This document shows positions 41,079 through 42,276 of a DNA stretch of 42,276 nt, piece after piece. Position numbers and translations under genes: made by a program. Within the stretch, counting starts at the first letter, position 1. Each line of letters begins with the position of its first letter. The notes under the pieces are model-generated. The model did not search any database and was not told the DNA's origin. It saw only the letters and a program-made list of their open reading frames with translations. The stretch spans positions 1 to 42,276 of IMG/VR virus record IMGVR_UViG_3300020219_000004, one strand, 5' to 3'. This DNA comes from a virus.

Positions 41079-41186
41079 ATGGTAATAAAGTGTTTGTATT
41101 GCAAGGTAAAGTTACAAAGTCCTAGACGCAACAAGAAGTATTGTTCATCCAAACATAGGTTATACGCATGGAGGGACGCAAGATGA
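41079..41186 (+). CDS. Small zinc-ribbon protein (35 aa)
   Basis: MVIKCLYCKVKLQSPRRNKKYCSSKHRLYAWRDAR. The CxxC...YCSxxxR motif is shared with 29735..30079 and with the HNH C-terminus. Confidence 0.4.
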   Translation: MVIKCLYCKVKLQSPRRNKKYCSSKHRLYAWRDAR

Positions 41187-41213
41187 ATACAGCTATAAAA
41201 CTAATGGGAGGTA

Positions 41214-41591
41214 GTGATGAGTGAAGAATGTCAATGGCCAGACCACCCAAACAACATTAAATGCCTGACGCGTCATATACCACCACCACTATTTATGAGT
41301 AATAATAAGACTATAGATGAGATATTTGTAAACTTTCGCATAAAGTGCGATGTGGCAGTTTCGGAAAGAGATGATGGTTTCTATACTCAAAAACAATACG
41401 AGGAATCTATCCAGTGGGAATTAGACCAAGCCACCAAAGCCATCCAAGCCCTCATAACAGAAGCGAGGATAGATGAGCAGACAAATACTGGTGGTGACTT
41501 GGACGGTTCAGTCTACTTTAGAACTAAAAAGGGCTGGAGTAGCCAAGAGGATCGCCTAGCCGAACTAAAGAAAAGAGGTAGTGATGAATAA
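41214..41591 (+). CDS. Hypothetical early protein
   Basis: 125-aa ORF; likely ATG 41217 within the conserved AGGTAGTGATG junction. Confidence 0.55.
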   Translation: MMSEECQWPDHPNNIKCLTRHIPPPLFMSNNKTIDEIFVNFRIKCDVAVSERDDGFYTQKQYEESIQWELDQATKAIQALITEARIDEQTNTGGDLDGSVYFRTKKGWSSQEDRLAELKKRGSDE

Positions 41592-41796
41592 ACGAATAAC
41601 ACTGACAGATTATGAGATTGAACAGATTGTAGCTAGTCTCAACACTGCAATTAATACTCCAGCCTGGGACTATCAAGTAATTGAGGTTGGTAAGCACACA
41701 CTCCAGTCACTTGTAAACAAACTACAAGCACCTGTAACAAGTGCCGAACCAGGGTTTGATAAGCTTCCGCTAAAGAGAGGTAGTGATGCTGAGTAA
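41581..41796 (+). CDS. Hypothetical early protein
   Basis: 71-aa ORF; likely ATG 41584 within AGGTAGTGATG. Confidence 0.5.
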   Translation: MMNKRITLTDYEIEQIVASLNTAINTPAWDYQVIEVGKHTLQSLVNKLQAPVTSAEPGFDKLPLKRGSDAE

Positions 41797-41977
41797 TAGA
41801 AAACTAAAAGATGGTTACTATCATTTTTACTGGAATGGGCAGGATATTACTGGCCTGTGGATGGACTTTTTTTCGGGGCTGACGATGGGACAGGAACGCA
41901 CAGCCCACCTAATCTTTACTAAAAGATACCAAAAGAGACTTAACGAGCTTTACGGCAAGCCAACTAATAGGAGGTAG
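41783..41977 (+). CDS. Hypothetical early protein
   Basis: 64-aa ORF; likely ATG 41786 within AGGTAGTGATG. Confidence 0.5.
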   Translation: MMLSNRKLKDGYYHFYWNGQDITGLWMDFFSGLTMGQERTAHLIFTKRYQKRLNELYGKPTNRR

Positions 41978-41979
41978 TG

Positions 41980-42153
41980 ATGAGTAAAAAAGTCAAGTTT
42001 ATCAGAAACGGAGACGCTAATTGGGTAGGCATAAAGTTTCCATCAAGAAAAGGTGCAGTATGGGTGAGCCAGAGTGATTTTGATACACTGGTCGATACTG
42101 TAATAAATGGATTAGTTCTGACTGAGAACCTAGCCCCAGAGGAGGAATTATGA
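41980..42153 (+). CDS. Hypothetical early protein (57 aa)
   Basis: ATG within AGGTAGTGATG; MSKKVKFIRNGDANWVGIKFPSRKGAVWVSQSDF... Below the ORF-track cutoff. Confidence 0.45.
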   Translation: MSKKVKFIRNGDANWVGIKFPSRKGAVWVSQSDFDTLVDTVINGLVLTENLAPEEEL

Positions 42154-42276
42154 CCCCCAAACCCCAGGCTAAGAAGAGAGATGATATGAGTAAACTAAAT
42201 AACAAGGAGGCAGAAATGTCAAAGCAAGAAACAATTACATTAAACGGAAAAGTCTATATGGAAATAGACCCCAACA
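42150..42276 (+). CDS. 5' part of the ORF that continues at 110..375 after circularisation
   Basis: ATG 42150 follows GGAGGA and overlaps the upstream stop (ATGA). The frame is continuous with 19..375 through the 109-bp repeat. Confidence 0.45.
   Translation, partial: MTPKPQAKKRDDMSKLNNKEAEMSKQETITLNGKVYMEIDPN
42168..42276. repeat. Second copy of the 109-bp terminal direct repeat
   Basis: Identical to 1..109. Confidence 0.95.

Overview
The window is a complete, circularly assembled dsDNA phage genome of about 42.17 kb. Bases 1..109 recur exactly at 42168..42276.

Layout:
- Most genes are on the minus strand. Replication, recombination and chaperonin genes run 39.8 to 33 kb (RHH/wHTH regulators, PD-(D/E)XK nuclease, SSB ending in DDIPF, NinG-like nuclease, GroES-like and GroEL).
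- Packaging and head genes run 31 to 21 kb (TerS-like, GpA-like TerL, portal, scaffold, capsid).
- Tail and virion genes run 21 to 4 kb (LamG/CBM protein, tail fibre with collar domain, 1646-aa virion protein).
- A lysis cassette (M23 endolysin with small membrane proteins) and a WhiB regulator occupy 4 to 2.1 kb.
- A plus-strand early operon fires from a divergent promoter pair at about 39.8 kb, crosses the window ends and finishes at about 1.75 kb.
- Two further plus-strand islands lie at 31.4-32.9 kb and 22.4-23.5 kb.

I recognised no DNA polymerase, primase, helicase, integrase, tRNA, rRNA or CRISPR array.

Host (inference only): WhiB, leaderless genes behind extended -10 promoters, and a visibly AT-leaning composition (not computed) point to a low-GC, freshwater-type actinobacterial host.

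Most unusual observations:
1. A complete HNH homing-endonuclease gene is encoded out of frame inside the intein that interrupts TerL. Both frames stay open.
2. A 546-bp array of 91 perfect ACGGCN hexamers varies at a single position, which is only T, A or G. Two plus-strand frames are open across it.
3. An antisense island between the scaffold and capsid genes carries two paralogous long-hairpin RNA candidates whose stems differ by compensatory changes.
4. Three paralogous cassettes (promoter-like motif, hairpin, U-tract) sit in the late operon.
5. Two genes lack a usable canonical start codon. One probably starts at AUU. The other is a zinc-ribbon ORF in the -1 frame of its upstream neighbour.
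6. A translationally coupled GroES/GroEL pair.

Everything comes from reading the sequence and the ORF track. No database search or folding computation was run.
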